This document shows positions 1 to 10,701 of a stretch of 64,000 bases of DNA, piece by piece (position 1 is the stretch's first letter; each line of letters opens with the position of its first letter). The stretch is from Candidatus Wolfebacteria bacterium GW2011_GWB1_47_1 (GTDB lineage: Bacteria > Patescibacteriota > Minisyncoccia > UBA6257 > UBA9933): assembly GCA_001029635.1 (NCBI GenBank), contig CP011209.1, forward strand, positions 16,983 through 80,982, given 5' to 3'. Below the pieces are notes generated by a model that saw only the letters and a program-made list of their open reading frames with translations, was not told the DNA's origin and made no database searches. The position numbers were made by a program, and so were the translations under genes.

Positions 1-3000
1 GCTTACCCAGTCATCTGCAAATAACTCCGCCTGCTTAAGAATAGTTTCGGTTGCTATAAGCTGTTTATCGGGCGGGTAACCAAACTTTGTAAGCGTGCGC
101 CTTACTAACACGCGTAACTTTGCTTTTACATTTTCCCTAATCGTCCAATCAACTGTTGCGCCACTACGCACCTTCTCTACTAATACCCGCGCAATCTCTC
201 GAAGTGTTGCGTCATCCATTACCTCTCGAGCACTCTCATTATTAGCGAGTGCATCATAAAACGCGAGCTCGTCATCACTCAACCCTAAATCCTCCCCTCG
301 TGCGTCTGCTATTCTTATTTCCTTTGCGAGCTCAATAAGCTCCTGTATTACTTCCGCCGCGGTAAGGAGGTTATTCTGATACTTCTTAATTGTCTTCTCC
401 AGCATTTCTGATAACTTCTTCCCTTGAATGAAGTTCTTTCGCAAACGGCCTTTAATCTCGTCATTTAAAATGCGCTTCAAAAGCTCCATTGCTACATTTT
501 GGTGCTTCATCCCCTTAACTTCTGCAAGGAAGTCGTCCGAGAGAACAGAGAGATCCGGTTTTTGAATACCGGCTGCCGCAAAAATATCTACTACTCCTTC
601 TGCCACAATCGCCTTGTCCACTATCTGTCGTATAGCTGTTTCGATATCTTCCTGCCGATTTTCAGGATTTGGATCAAACTTTATAAGTCGTGCTTTTATC
701 GCTTGAAAAAATGCTACCTCTCCTCGTATAGCAAGTGCCTCCTCGTGAGGTACTGCAATTGCAAAAATCTTTGATAATACTGTAACCTCGTGTGTAAACC
801 GTTCCTGCGCGCTCTGTGGTTTTTGCGCCTTCTTTTTAGGGCTTCCCGTTTCTTTCCCTTGATCCTTCGCGAGAATATGTTCCTGCGCCTCTAAAATAAC
901 CCCCAGCTTGCCGTAGGTATCTAATGTAAAGTAACGGCCATAATCAAAGCCGTGGAACATTTGCTTCACCACCTCATACTTCTCCAGCATTACTTCAACC
1001 GCTTTTTCCTGTGTTATAGTTGGGTCTCCCGTTCCTCCACTTTGGGTATATACTGCAAGCGCCTTTTGTAAATCAGACGCAAAGCCGATATAGTCCACAA
1101 TCAATCCTCCCGACTTATCTCGGAATACTCGGTTTACGCGCGCTATCGCCTGCATAAGATTATGCCCGCGCATCAGCTTGTCTATATACATCGTATGGAG
1201 ACACGGAATATCAAATCCCGTGAGCCACATATCACAAACAACTACCAGCTTAAGTGTATTGTTCGGGTCTTTGAAACGATCAGCGACACGGCGTCGCATT
1301 TCTTTATTTGTATTGTGTGGTTGAAACTCTTTCGGATCGGAAGAATTGGCAGTCATTACTACCTTTATCGCGCCCTTATCCAAATCATCACTATGCCACT
1401 CTGGACGAATAGCGACTATTTCTTCATACAGCTGTACTGCAATTCTTCGGCTCATCGCCACAACCATCGCTTTACCAACATTCACTTCTTGTCGCGCTTC
1501 AAAATGAGCTACGAGGTCTTTTGCAATCTCCTTCATTCGCTCTCTATTACCGACAATTGCTTCCAGTTGTGCCCATTTTGCCTTCGCCTTTTCTTTCGCA
1601 GTAAACTCCACCCCTTCGGCTACGGCTTCAACTTCTGCATCTATCTCTCTGCTCTTCTCTTCCGGTAGATGCACTTTCACTAATCGGCTTTCGTAATAAA
1701 TAGGGACGGTCGCTCCGTCTTTTACTGCATCTTGAATATCATATACATCAAGATACCCTCCAAAGACCGCCGGCGTTGATTTATCCTCGCTTTCGATTGG
1801 CGTACCGGTAAATCCTATAAATGACGCGTTGGGAAGCGCATCTCTCAGATATTTCGCATTGCCGTATCGAGTAATTGCTTCCTCGTCTTTAAATACCGTT
1901 CGCGCTGCAAATCCATATTGACTACGATGTGCTTCATCAGCAATAACAACAATGTTTTTCCTTTCAGTTAGCTGATCATATACCTCTCCCCCATCCTCGG
2001 GGAAAAACTTTTGAATAGTCGTAAACACAATTCCGCCTCCTGCCGTCTGTAATAGTTCTTTAAGATGTGTTCTGCTTTCTGCTTGTACGGGGTCTTGGCG
2101 AAGCAATCCACGGCTCCCCGCAAATGTCTCAAACAGTTGATCATCTAAATCATTTCTATCGGTAATTACCACTATGGTTGGGTTGTTAAGCGCAAGCACT
2201 ACTTTCCCTGTATAGAAAACCATCGAGAGCGACTTCCCCGATCCTTGCGTATGCCAAACAACGCCGATTTTTCGCTCGCCGTTTTCTTCTGTCGCTTGCA
2301 CTGTTGAGGCAATCGCTTTATTCACCACATAGTACTGATGATAGGCGGCGACTTTCTTAATACTTTCAACAACGACTAATCCCGTCTCTTTGTTTTCCTT
2401 TTTTGCCTTTTCAAATACCGTAAAGTTTCGGATCAAATCAAGAAGTACTGCCGGCTTGAGCATCTCCGTAACGATCGTTTCCATCTGTGGCTTTATGTTC
2501 TCGCCCTTACGCTTCTCATCCGGTGCGCGCCATACTACAAACCGTTCCCACGGCGCCGTGAGTGAACCTACGCGCGCATCTAAGCCGTCAGAAGCTATGA
2601 GGATGCCATTATAAACAAACAGCTGAGGTACAGCATCCTTATAGTTTTGCAGTTGGGTAAACGCCTTATGTACTGTCGCATTCTCGTCGGTTGCATTCTT
2701 AAGTTCTATGATTACGAGCGGAAGCCCGTTTACGAGGAGGACCACATCGGGACGCTTACTCGTATGGTCATAGGGAATGGTAAATTGATTGGCGACCACT
2801 AAGTCGTTATTTGTTATGGTATCAAAATCAATAAGATGTACTACTTCTCCCCGAGTACCCCCGTGTTCCGAGGCGACTTCCACGGTTACTCCATCGGTAA
2901 GCATTTTCTGAAACTCCTCATTACTCTCCACTAAGTGCTGTGGCAAAAGGTTAAACACCTTCTTAATGGCATCCTCCCGCGCTTCTGCGGATACAGAAGG

Positions 3001-3162
3001 GTTGATGCGAGCCACCGCCTGTTCCAAGCGACCACGTAAAATGACCTCTCGTAAGTCAGGGCGTTCAATCTCCTGATCGTCAGGCGATAAATAGGCATAG
3101 CCCTGCTTTTCCAGTATTTCTATAACCCACAGCTCTATGTCGTTTTCGTATATTTTGGTCAT
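1..3162 (-). CDS. hsdR: Type I restriction enzyme R subunit (HsdR); C-terminal end runs off the window start
   Basis: Not in the ORF track because the stop lies outside the window. Reverse translation from the ATG at ~3160-3162 gives MTKIYENDIELWV... with superfamily-2 helicase motifs (GSGKS Walker A, IADEAHRSQ DEAH box). The frame stays open to position 1. It lies downstream of hsdM/hsdS. Confidence 0.85.
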   Translation of the reverse strand, partial: MTKIYENDIELWVIEILEKQGYAYLSPDDQEIERPDLREVILRGRLEQAVARINPSVSAEAREDAIKKVFNLLPQHLVESNEEFQKMLTDGVTVEVASEHGGTRGEVVHLIDFDTITNNDLVVANQFTIPYDHTSKRPDVVLLVNGLPLVIIELKNATDENATVHKAFTQLQNYKDAVPQLFVYNGILIASDGLDARVGSLTAPWERFVVWRAPDEKRKGENIKPQMETIVTEMLKPAVLLDLIRNFTVFEKAKKENKETGLVVVESIKKVAAYHQYYVVNKAIASTVQATEENGERKIGVVWHTQGSGKSLSMVFYTGKVVLALNNPTIVVITDRNDLDDQLFETFAGSRGLLRQDPVQAESRTHLKELLQTAGGGIVFTTIQKFFPEDGGEVYDQLTERKNIVVIADEAHRSQYGFAARTVFKDEEAITRYGNAKYLRDALPNASFIGFTGTPIESEDKSTPAVFGGYLDVYDIQDAVKDGATVPIYYESRLVKVHLPEEKSREIDAEVEAVAEGVEFTAKEKAKAKWAQLEAIVGNRERMKEIAKDLVAHFEARQEVNVGKAMVVAMSRRIAVQLYEEIVAIRPEWHSDDLDKGAIKVVMTANSSDPKEFQPHNTNKEMRRRVADRFKDPNNTLKLVVVCDMWLTGFDIPCLHTMYIDKLMRGHNLMQAIARVNRVFRDKSGGLIVDYIGFASDLQKALAVYTQSGGTGDPTITQEKAVEVMLEKYEVVKQMFHGFDYGRYFTLDTYGKLGVILEAQEHILAKDQGKETGSPKKKAQKPQSAQERFTHEVTVLSKIFAIAVPHEEALAIRGEVAFFQAIKARLIKFDPNPENRQEDIETAIRQIVDKAIVAEGVVDIFAAAGIQKPDLSVLSDDFLAEVKGMKHQNVAMELLKRILNDEIKGRLRKNFIQGKKLSEMLEKTIKKYQNNLLTAAEVIQELIELAKEIRIADARGEDLGLSDDELAFYDALANNESAREVMDDATLREIARVLVEKVRSGATVDWTIRENVKAKLRVLVRRTLTKFGYPPDKQLIATETILKQAELFADDWVS

Positions 3163-3164
3163 AG

Positions 3165-5387
3165 TTAACTTTCAGTAATTGATTGCTTCAGTATATCAAA
3201 ATGCTCAGGAAATGTTGCATCCATCATCTCAAGTAAATATTTAACATTTTTTTGAGTTTCAGGTACTAAGGATGGGTCAAATCCGCCTCCCGTAATATGC
3301 GATTGATCATTTGTAAATTTATATATTGCAGTTTTCTTAATTTCATCAAAATTCAATCTTTTAAGCTTGCTGAATGTTTTCTCACTATTAGGAACCCTAA
3401 ACATTAAGAATGTTTCCAAGACCTTTCTTGCAACATTCGGTATATGATAGACAGAGACAATACTGCCGTCTATTTCTAGTTCAAGTAAAATCTTACAAAG
3501 GTAGTGATACTCACTTTCATGATCAATCAGCAGCGGATCTATTTTTTTAATTTCTGCTATTCTTTCATTGTTTAAAACTTTATTTCCTATCATAAAATAG
3601 GGCTTACTTTGCTTTTGATAAAAATAATTAAGCCAATTTATTAACAATCTAAGAAAATCAAAATTATGTGTAAATATAAATACCTGCTTTGCATTTTCCA
3701 CACTATTCTTTAAAAATGCGAATGCCTGAAATAGAGAGTTTGCATCCATACTAGAGACGGGATCGTCTATTACTATTATCCCATCTTTAACATTAAATCC
3801 CTGATCGTTTAGATGGACTGTAAAATATACAAATGCAATCGCCGTCTTCTCTCCTTCGCTTAAATTTTTTGCAATCTTACCACTTCTTTTAATTTCATAT
3901 CCCCCATGTGGAGATACTTCAAAAGTAATTTCCTTCCTCCCTAAAAATATTTCCAGTTTTCTATTTAATTCTTCGCATGCTTTATGCTCAGAAGATATAG
4001 TTGCCTTATTTTTTTCTATCTTTTGAGATAATTCTATTATCCCTAATACTTGTTCATCACCATCAATTATCTTCTTTATTTTTGTATCACAATTTTCAAT
4101 ACCCTTTTCTAAATCTTTTACTGTTTGAAAAATTTCACTCAAGTAATGGTTTTCTAGTTTCTTTTGAGCTTCATCTCGTTGGTTTTGGAAATTAGCAGTT
4201 TTTCCATTATGCCCTTGGATTGTTTTGTTTATTTCCTCAATACTCTTCTCAAGTTTGTTACTTATGGTAAACTCTAAATCAATCCTTTCGGTCGTTTTCG
4301 TTTTTTTGTCTTCGAGTATTCTAATTAAATCACCCAGCTCTCCCAATAAATTTATTCTTTCTTTGTTAAAAGTTGTAAGCCTAGATACATACTCTGTTTG
4401 AAATTCCGTATATAAATTTGCCTTATCAACAGGAACTATCTCCTCTATAAATCTAAAAAATCCCTTTATTTGTTCTATGCTCCTATTTAAGGAAGCCTTA
4501 AGCTCCTGGTCTTCTTTATTAAAATAATTGACCAATTCCTGCATTCGGCTCTCGGGCATGAATTGACCGCAAAATTCACAACTACCATTACCATGCTTTA
4601 AATGCAATGCAAGTCCATCTTCAACCCATCGCGAGATGTCGATGTTTTGTTTTAATCTTTCAATAACTAGAATTTCAACTGTTTGCGCACATAGATTTTT
4701 ACTTTCCTGAATAATAGGATTTAGTGCCTGAAGAAAGCTAAATGTGTCTATTTCTGGGATGCTCACTTTTTCTTCTTGCTTTAATGCAAGAAGACATCCA
4801 TTTATATCTTCGTCGCCTAAGAGTTCCGGCTTAATAAGGGCGGCAAATGCCTTTTCAGCATCCGGCTTTCGATAATTTCTCAACGAAGATCCACTTGTGT
4901 TCGCACCAATAACCTTTGCGACGTCGGTAAACTTATTACCTTTTTCGGTTTCTTTTTTCTCCTTTAGCTTTTCCTGTTCGTTTTTACTATTATTCAGCTC
5001 CTTTAATAAGGTTTCGTCCTTTTCTATCTGCTCAGCTATATCTTTGTTTTCTTCTCCTAAAATAAAGATGGGCTTTGTCTTAGATCCCGCAATTTCAATA
5101 TTATTTTCAATATAATCCTGATTAAAAACCCTAATTTTTTTATCAAACTTTTCACCGTTCTTAAACGTCGCCGTTTCTGAACTAATTTCATATTCTAAAT
5201 TTGGAAACTCTGATAATGATCCACTTTCTATGGCGGCAAATAATTTAGTTAGCGTTGTCTTTCCTGTTCCGTTCCACCCATAAAATATATTGTATCTCTC
5301 AAAATCAGCTAAAACCCCGCTATCCCATTGATAGTTCGAAAAAATGCCGAGATTTTTTATTTTTTTAATCTTTTTAATCATGCCCAT
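3165..5387 (-). CDS. AAA_13 family ABC-type ATPase, RloC/PrrC-like (putative anticodon nuclease) with a coiled-coil CxxC zinc-hook insert
   Basis: 740 aa. N-terminus MIKKIKKIKNLGIFSNY and Walker A YGWNGTGKTTL. LSEGEK signature followed by Walker B IVIDDPVSSMD. Central coiled-coil region containing CEFCGQ. C-terminal R-x3-E (ARKVLETF) with a His ~39 residues downstream. It sits between hsdS and hsdR, as prrC does in the EcoprrI locus. It is AT-rich relative to hsdR and hsdM. Confidence 0.7.
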   Translation of the reverse strand: MGMIKKIKKIKNLGIFSNYQWDSGVLADFERYNIFYGWNGTGKTTLTKLFAAIESGSLSEFPNLEYEISSETATFKNGEKFDKKIRVFNQDYIENNIEIAGSKTKPIFILGEENKDIAEQIEKDETLLKELNNSKNEQEKLKEKKETEKGNKFTDVAKVIGANTSGSSLRNYRKPDAEKAFAALIKPELLGDEDINGCLLALKQEEKVSIPEIDTFSFLQALNPIIQESKNLCAQTVEILVIERLKQNIDISRWVEDGLALHLKHGNGSCEFCGQFMPESRMQELVNYFNKEDQELKASLNRSIEQIKGFFRFIEEIVPVDKANLYTEFQTEYVSRLTTFNKERINLLGELGDLIRILEDKKTKTTERIDLEFTISNKLEKSIEEINKTIQGHNGKTANFQNQRDEAQKKLENHYLSEIFQTVKDLEKGIENCDTKIKKIIDGDEQVLGIIELSQKIEKNKATISSEHKACEELNRKLEIFLGRKEITFEVSPHGGYEIKRSGKIAKNLSEGEKTAIAFVYFTVHLNDQGFNVKDGIIVIDDPVSSMDANSLFQAFAFLKNSVENAKQVFIFTHNFDFLRLLINWLNYFYQKQSKPYFMIGNKVLNNERIAEIKKIDPLLIDHESEYHYLCKILLELEIDGSIVSVYHIPNVARKVLETFLMFRVPNSEKTFSKLKRLNFDEIKKTAIYKFTNDQSHITGGGFDPSLVPETQKNVKYLLEMMDATFPEHFDILKQSITES

Positions 5388-5397
5388 CCTTTTATAA

Positions 5398-6591
5398 TCA
5401 AAATTCCTTTACTCGCACTTCTCCACTTATCAGCTTTGGTAATAATACATCCCTAATATCGCCAAGCTGTTCCATTTGCAATGAGTTGCTTGCTATAGAC
5501 CTAAAGCAAGTTTCGACAAATCCAGCGAATATATCTAAAGTTTTCTTATCTGGCACAACTACTGGATAACCTCTGAGCATCTCTACTTGTACGCGCTGTC
5601 TACCCGATGTACCACTCATCATTTTTATTGCGAAATTGCGAAAAGAAGTATTGCGAGCAAGTAAATATCCATATTCCGAAGGAAGGGGCTTCTTTACTCT
5701 TATAACAATGAATTCGGTAGAACCCCATGCACTCACTCCCTCTGGCAAACACTGGATAAAAGCTGTTTTCCCATTTTCTAAACAGGGAGTGATCCGCGCA
5801 AAAAGAGTATCTCCATTACGAAATCTTGATCCCGAAGAAAATTTGCGCATCAATGGCTTCTCCGTCCAACTCCCTTGTATGGGCAATGCAGACATATCAA
5901 GATAAGGAATTTCCCCGTCCTTTTGAACCACTTCTGATGGATTTAGCTCAATAACATCTTTAAGTTGAGTTAAGTGCCACCCCTTTGGTAATTCTTTGCC
6001 TTTCTCAAACCATTCGTTAAAAATTGCTTGTGCGGTAGCTTCGAGAGTTTTGTTCTGTTTTCGTAGTAATTCTATTTTGTTATCCAAGCTTAAAAGTACT
6101 CCTGCTATTTCTTTTTGTTCTGTTATTGGAGGGAGTTTAATTTCTAAACTCCTCATTAAAGAAGCGGACGCCTCACTAAAAGTAGATCCTGATGAAAGTT
6201 TTTCTATACGATTGCTATTATTTTTTAGCCAATAGTAGATAAAAAGATAGTGCGTATTCTTTTCATCGCATATTATATTTTTAAACCCCTGATTTGTAGT
6301 TAGCTCATTACCCGCAATTGCTACGTATCCTATGGGCGCACGAGACGAAAATAAAACCGTATTTTTAGGAAGCATTTGCGCTGAGGAGTTTCTAATACCC
6401 TCTTCAGTTATATTCCTTTCTCCACGAGTAATATAAACGCCTTTAAAGCTTGAGAGATCTTTAGGCGTTATCCATGCGATATCTCCTCCCCAATATGTTA
6501 CCTCTTTTGTAGAGGGCGTAGCCCCACTAGCAATTTTAGCAACGTCCCCAAGTGTAGTTTCGACCCAATCGCCAATAGCTGCATTCTTCAT
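5398..6591 (-). CDS. hsdS: Type I restriction-modification specificity subunit (HsdS)
   Basis: 397 aa with two target-recognition domains separated by the conserved central helix [24 protein letters not shown]. It overlaps hsdM by 4 nt. Confidence 0.9.
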   Translation of the reverse strand: MKNAAIGDWVETTLGDVAKIASGATPSTKEVTYWGGDIAWITPKDLSSFKGVYITRGERNITEEGIRNSSAQMLPKNTVLFSSRAPIGYVAIAGNELTTNQGFKNIICDEKNTHYLFIYYWLKNNSNRIEKLSSGSTFSEASASLMRSLEIKLPPITEQKEIAGVLLSLDNKIELLRKQNKTLEATAQAIFNEWFEKGKELPKGWHLTQLKDVIELNPSEVVQKDGEIPYLDMSALPIQGSWTEKPLMRKFSSGSRFRNGDTLFARITPCLENGKTAFIQCLPEGVSAWGSTEFIVIRVKKPLPSEYGYLLARNTSFRNFAIKMMSGTSGRQRVQVEMLRGYPVVVPDKKTLDIFAGFVETCFRSIASNSLQMEQLGDIRDVLLPKLISGEVRVKEF

Positions 6592-8153
6592 ATTTCAAAT
6601 CCAACCTTTTTTAATTGGTTTTTTATCTCCATATTTATATCCTCCTCCTCGGCAATTTGTCCCTTAAGAGTAGTGGTGAGGCGTTTCATTTTCTCTTCAA
6701 ACGGCTCACTGTCTATTTTTCCGTCTGCAATGCCCGCATATCTTCCGGGGGTAAGGACATAGCCGTGCTTCTGCACATCCGCAAACGTTGCTGACTTACA
6801 AAATCCTTTTATGTCTTCGTATTTATTGTCCTTCTGTCGCCATTCGTGATATGTTCCCGCGATCTTTTGTATATCTTCTTCAGTAAATTCCTTATGCGTA
6901 CTGTCTGCCATAAAGCCCATTTCCGACGCGTCAATAAAGAGAAGCTCTCCAGTTCGCTTTCTATCTCCGTTCCCTAAACGCTTGCGCGAAATAAACCAAA
7001 GACACGCAGGAATACCCGTATTATAAAATAGTTGCTTTGGAAGTGATACGATACAATCCACTAAATCCTCATCGACAAGTTTCTGGCGTATTTCCCCCTC
7101 CCCGCTTTGATTGGACGACAAAGAGCCGTTCGAGAGAACGGTTGCCATTACTCCTTTTGGTGCGAGGTGGTGGATCATATGCTCTATCCACGCAAAGTTT
7201 GCATTGCCGTCTGGAGGAAGCCCATATTTCCATCGCGCATCTCCTTTTAGAATATCCCATCCCCAGTCGCTTTGATTAAATGGTGGATTGGCGAGAATAT
7301 AATCTGCTTTTAAGTCCGGATGTGCATCTTTTAAGAATGATCCCTCACTATTCCAAGCTACTTGCGATCCATCTATACCACGCAAGGCGAGGTTCATTCG
7401 GCATAAGCGGTATGTGGTGTGGTTACTTTCCTGTCCGTAAATAGAAATATCTTCCATTCGTCCACGGTGTGCGACCACAAACTTTTCACTCATTACAAAC
7501 ATACCTCCCGAGCCACACGCAGGGTCATATACGCGCCCTGAAAGAGGCTCTATCATTTCAACCATAAGCTCAACGATGCTTCGTGGGGTATAGAACTGCC
7601 CGCCCTTTTTGCCTTCAAGAGATGCAAATTCACCAAGAAAATACTCATATACGCGACCGATAAGGTCTTTTGATTTCTCGCTTTCGATACCGAGCGCAAC
7701 ATCCGCGATAAGATCAACCAGTCCACCGAGTGCTGCTTTATCCAAATTCGGTTTTGCGTATTCCTTTGGCAATATCCCTTTCAGCGTTGGGTTTACCTTC
7801 TCGATAGCTTCCATTGCCGCGTCCAAGTCCTTACCGATACTCGGAAGCTTTGCCCGTGAGTGGAGATGCGTCCATCGCGCTTCTACTGGTACATAAAATA
7901 CATTTTCTGCTTTGTATTCATCCTGATCTTCGGGGTCTGCTCCTTCGTATTCACCTTTACCTTCTGAGAGTTTTTCGTAATGCACATCAAACGCATCCGA
8001 TATGTACTTTAAAAAAATAAGTCCAAGCACGATATGCTTGTACTCTGCTGCATCTATATTCTTTCTGAGCTTGTCGGCCGCCTTAAAAAGTTGGGCCTCA
8101 AAGTGCCCACTTCCTTGATTTGCATTCTTTTTAGTCTTCTTCTGTTCTTCCAT
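6588..8153 (-). CDS. hsdM: Type I restriction-modification N6-adenine DNA methyltransferase subunit (HsdM)
   Basis: 521 aa with a typical HsdM N-terminal domain, SAM motif I ([11 protein letters not shown]) and motif IV NPPF ([12 protein letters not shown]). Confidence 0.95.
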   Translation of the reverse strand: MEEQKKTKKNANQGSGHFEAQLFKAADKLRKNIDAAEYKHIVLGLIFLKYISDAFDVHYEKLSEGKGEYEGADPEDQDEYKAENVFYVPVEARWTHLHSRAKLPSIGKDLDAAMEAIEKVNPTLKGILPKEYAKPNLDKAALGGLVDLIADVALGIESEKSKDLIGRVYEYFLGEFASLEGKKGGQFYTPRSIVELMVEMIEPLSGRVYDPACGSGGMFVMSEKFVVAHRGRMEDISIYGQESNHTTYRLCRMNLALRGIDGSQVAWNSEGSFLKDAHPDLKADYILANPPFNQSDWGWDILKGDARWKYGLPPDGNANFAWIEHMIHHLAPKGVMATVLSNGSLSSNQSGEGEIRQKLVDEDLVDCIVSLPKQLFYNTGIPACLWFISRKRLGNGDRKRTGELLFIDASEMGFMADSTHKEFTEEDIQKIAGTYHEWRQKDNKYEDIKGFCKSATFADVQKHGYVLTPGRYAGIADGKIDSEPFEEKMKRLTTTLKGQIAEEEDINMEIKNQLKKVGFEI

Positions 8154-8242
8154 AAGGGTCTGAGCCCTTCTCTATTGGGGCTTAAAGTTCCTACTATTTT
8201 ACCACATTTTGCTTATTTTTTCCAGTGAAATATGGGGTGTGT

Positions 8243-8548
8243 TCACCTTTTCACTTCCCATCCTTTCCTCCTGTAGCACTCTCTCATCTCCTCAATAAAT
8301 TCACCCGTAGGGCGAATATGTCCTCCCATCTCTAAGGTTTTAATAGTACTGTATGCTTTCAATTCTTCGAGGCAATATTTTGCCTTTTCGGGTAATTCTC
8401 TTTTTTCTATTTTGGGTAGTTGAAGAAGAAACAATTCATATATAAGAAACCCCATCATTATAACAACCAACGCCAAAAGCCACATGACTGGGGCGCTCTT
8501 TACTCCCCCGCCTTCCTCTTCTGTGTTTTGTGGCTCTTTTGATGTCAT
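8243..8548 (-). CDS. hypothetical small membrane protein
   Basis: 101 aa with one predicted TM helix (WLLALVVIMMGFLIYELFLL). AT-rich block. Confidence 0.5.
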   Translation of the reverse strand: MTSKEPQNTEEEGGGVKSAPVMWLLALVVIMMGFLIYELFLLQLPKIEKRELPEKAKYCLEELKAYSTIKTLEMGGHIRPTGEFIEEMRECYRRKGWEVKR

Positions 8549-8568
8549 TATCTATCCCTTTAGGTCTT

Positions 8569-9108
8569 TTACATCGATGAATATTGATCGTCATTAGGAA
8601 TTGGCTGATGTTGCTCCTGAGTTCCTTCAAAAATATCCGCTCCGCCCCCGTAAGGTATATATGCCGATGATACTCGCTCCTCATCCTCCTTTGATCTTTG
8701 AGATGGTGCACTTGGGATTTCCGCAAGTTGCTCCTTGAGCCGCTGGAAAACTTCTTTCGGTGTATTCTTAATATCCCAAAATATAGGCTTTTGCTCCGGC
8801 TTTATCTGAGTTAACTCCTCCGATGTCATAGGTCTACGCCTACCCCACTCATCAAATCCTCGTAATTCGAGCTCTCTAATGACCGCAGGACTACTAAAAA
8901 CCTTATGTGGGGCATCAACAACACTTTCCCTATATCCTGCCTCTCTTAAGGCCTTTGCCTTGCTTTTAAAGCCACCTACTTGCCAGCAATCTAATGCTTT
9001 TATTTGCATTGGGCTTATTTTTCGTACGATCTTCTCCATATCATATATAGTACCACCTTTCGCTAAATATGCCTTTATCGTGTCGCGCTCTGCCCATTTT
9101 CCTACCAT
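8569..9108 (-). CDS. hypothetical protein; HTH segment resembles a phage terminase small subunit
   Basis: 179 aa. The segment W..GGFKSKAKALREAGYRESVVDAPHKVFSSPAVIRELE fits the Terminase_2 HTH pattern (..AIRAGYS......LL..P.V...I). The similarity is inferred and not verified. Confidence 0.5.
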   Translation of the reverse strand: MVGKWAERDTIKAYLAKGGTIYDMEKIVRKISPMQIKALDCWQVGGFKSKAKALREAGYRESVVDAPHKVFSSPAVIRELELRGFDEWGRRRPMTSEELTQIKPEQKPIFWDIKNTPKEVFQRLKEQLAEIPSAPSQRSKEDEERVSSAYIPYGGGADIFEGTQEQHQPIPNDDQYSSM

Positions 9109-9177
9109 TTCCTACCTAATACCCCCCCTATCTACTCCTCGATATTGCATAATTTAACCTCATAGGGTAGCGCCCTA

Positions 9178-9735
9178 TCATGCGTTAAATCCGCTGTTAA
9201 TATATTCGTACCCTTCAATCCTTCGCGCGTCAGTTATTGATGTGTGTGATTTTTCGAAGATTTTAGTAAGTGAATTGAGTATCAGCCATTCTGGATCCTT
9301 ATTTTCCTGCTTATAAATATATATGAGGGATTTGTATATATCCTGCTTCCACTCGCTTATCGCAGTCCATATATCTTGCAATCCTATACTATTCCCTTCT
9401 TTAAGAAACGTCAGCCGATATTGCGTAATGTCTTCCCCGAGAAAACCGCGTATTTGTTCAAACTCCATATCTAATAAGCCAAGGTCTATCTCTGTTTCTT
9501 CGGAGAAGTAGTCATTGTATGCATGTTTTGCAAACTCACCCACAATAACTGCCGTAGCAACAGCATACATAAAACTCGAAGCGCTTTCGGCTCCTCCTTG
9601 TATCAAGAACTGCTCGTTCTCTGAGAGCTTTTGCTCTACTTCGTAGCCCCATTTGGCACATCGACCAATAAGCTCCCCGTCAGAATAATCAAGGATTTCC
9701 CTGTATACCTTTTTGTATAATTCTTGTCCTTCCAT
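9178..9735 (-). CDS. hypothetical protein
   Basis: 185 aa ORF that tiles with its neighbours in the AT-rich block. No recognisable motif. Confidence 0.5.
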   Translation of the reverse strand: MEGQELYKKVYREILDYSDGELIGRCAKWGYEVEQKLSENEQFLIQGGAESASSFMYAVATAVIVGEFAKHAYNDYFSEETEIDLGLLDMEFEQIRGFLGEDITQYRLTFLKEGNSIGLQDIWTAISEWKQDIYKSLIYIYKQENKDPEWLILNSLTKIFEKSHTSITDARRIEGYEYINSGFNA

Positions 9736-9747
9736 AAAAGTGCATAT

Positions 9748-10701
9748 TTACTCACATCTAACGCTTGTTTGCGCTGTGCCATTCACAATACCACCGCTAT
9801 ATTGGGTGGTAGACCAACATTGAGTAGCCTTTTGTGGTGCTGGGATTTGTTGTGACTGCTGCTCAATTTGAAGCAACTGCTGACTTACAGACAAAAAAAT
9901 ACTCTTTGTAGCAACTAAACTGTCAATGTATTTCAATGACTGAGAAAAACTATCGGCTTTTTGCTGCTCAAATTTCTGCGCAGCAGTGTTAAACTTTATT
10001 ACCAACCCCAAGAAACGATTTATCTCCTCATTCCCCATAGACAGAACCTTTGATAAATTAGCAGGAGTAGTCCCCTGATCTATTATCCCTTTTATTTCTG
10101 AAGTCATTTCGTATTGCTTCTTTACCTCCGTCTCTAATGGCTCATACAGCGTATTGTAATCCGTTTGCGCACTTTGTATGTATTTTGTGAATTTATTTGC
10201 ATCACTTAGGGCGAAGTTCTTTATCCCTATATCACTTGCCGTATCCGCAAAATCATTTAACAAATCGGCTCTGGCTTGAGCGGAGCTTTTTGCATACGAG
10301 ATATAATTATTCTTAGTTGTTCGAATTGCCCTTAAGAGGGTGCCGAAGTCTTCAATCTGCTGATCTAATTGGCTCAATTTGTCCATATCAGACATCACTT
10401 CCTTTACCAAATCGTCTGCTTTTTTAGTATTAGTGCTCTCCTGCTTTGTGGGTGCGATAATTTTCTGCGTTCCCTGTTCTTTTATTATTCCTTCTCCGCT
10501 TTTGATTTCTTGTACAGCACCGGAAGTTGAGACCTCTTCGCGATTTAAGGGAACCGTGCTCAAAGCTGTCTTTTTATTTATTTCTTCTTGCTTACTATTC
10601 TTTGCCCCTACAAAATAATAGCTCGTTCCCAGTATGGCCAAAATGCCCACAGCCATAAGCACTACTACCGGAACCTGTATAAAACCTTTTATTGATTTCA
10701 T
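9748..10701 (-). CDS. hypothetical membrane-anchored or secreted coiled-coil protein
   Basis: 317 aa. N-terminal TM/signal anchor (VPVVVLMAVGILAILG), a Q-rich coiled-coil body and two C-terminal Cys. Confidence 0.55.
   Translation of the reverse strand: MKSIKGFIQVPVVVLMAVGILAILGTSYYFVGAKNSKQEEINKKTALSTVPLNREEVSTSGAVQEIKSGEGIIKEQGTQKIIAPTKQESTNTKKADDLVKEVMSDMDKLSQLDQQIEDFGTLLRAIRTTKNNYISYAKSSAQARADLLNDFADTASDIGIKNFALSDANKFTKYIQSAQTDYNTLYEPLETEVKKQYEMTSEIKGIIDQGTTPANLSKVLSMGNEEINRFLGLVIKFNTAAQKFEQQKADSFSQSLKYIDSLVATKSIFLSVSQQLLQIEQQSQQIPAPQKATQCWSTTQYSGGIVNGTAQTSVRCE

Noticed and set aside
7037-8020. Several 60-95 aa ORFs on both strands inside hsdM (7037..7279, 7069..7260, 7609..7896, 7814..8020)
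   Set aside because: They are nested in or antisense to a well-supported hsdM frame.
8436-8726. 96 aa ORF overlapping the ends of 8243..8548 and 8569..9108
   Set aside because: It overlaps two better-tiled ORFs on the same strand in another frame, with an Arg-rich low-complexity product.
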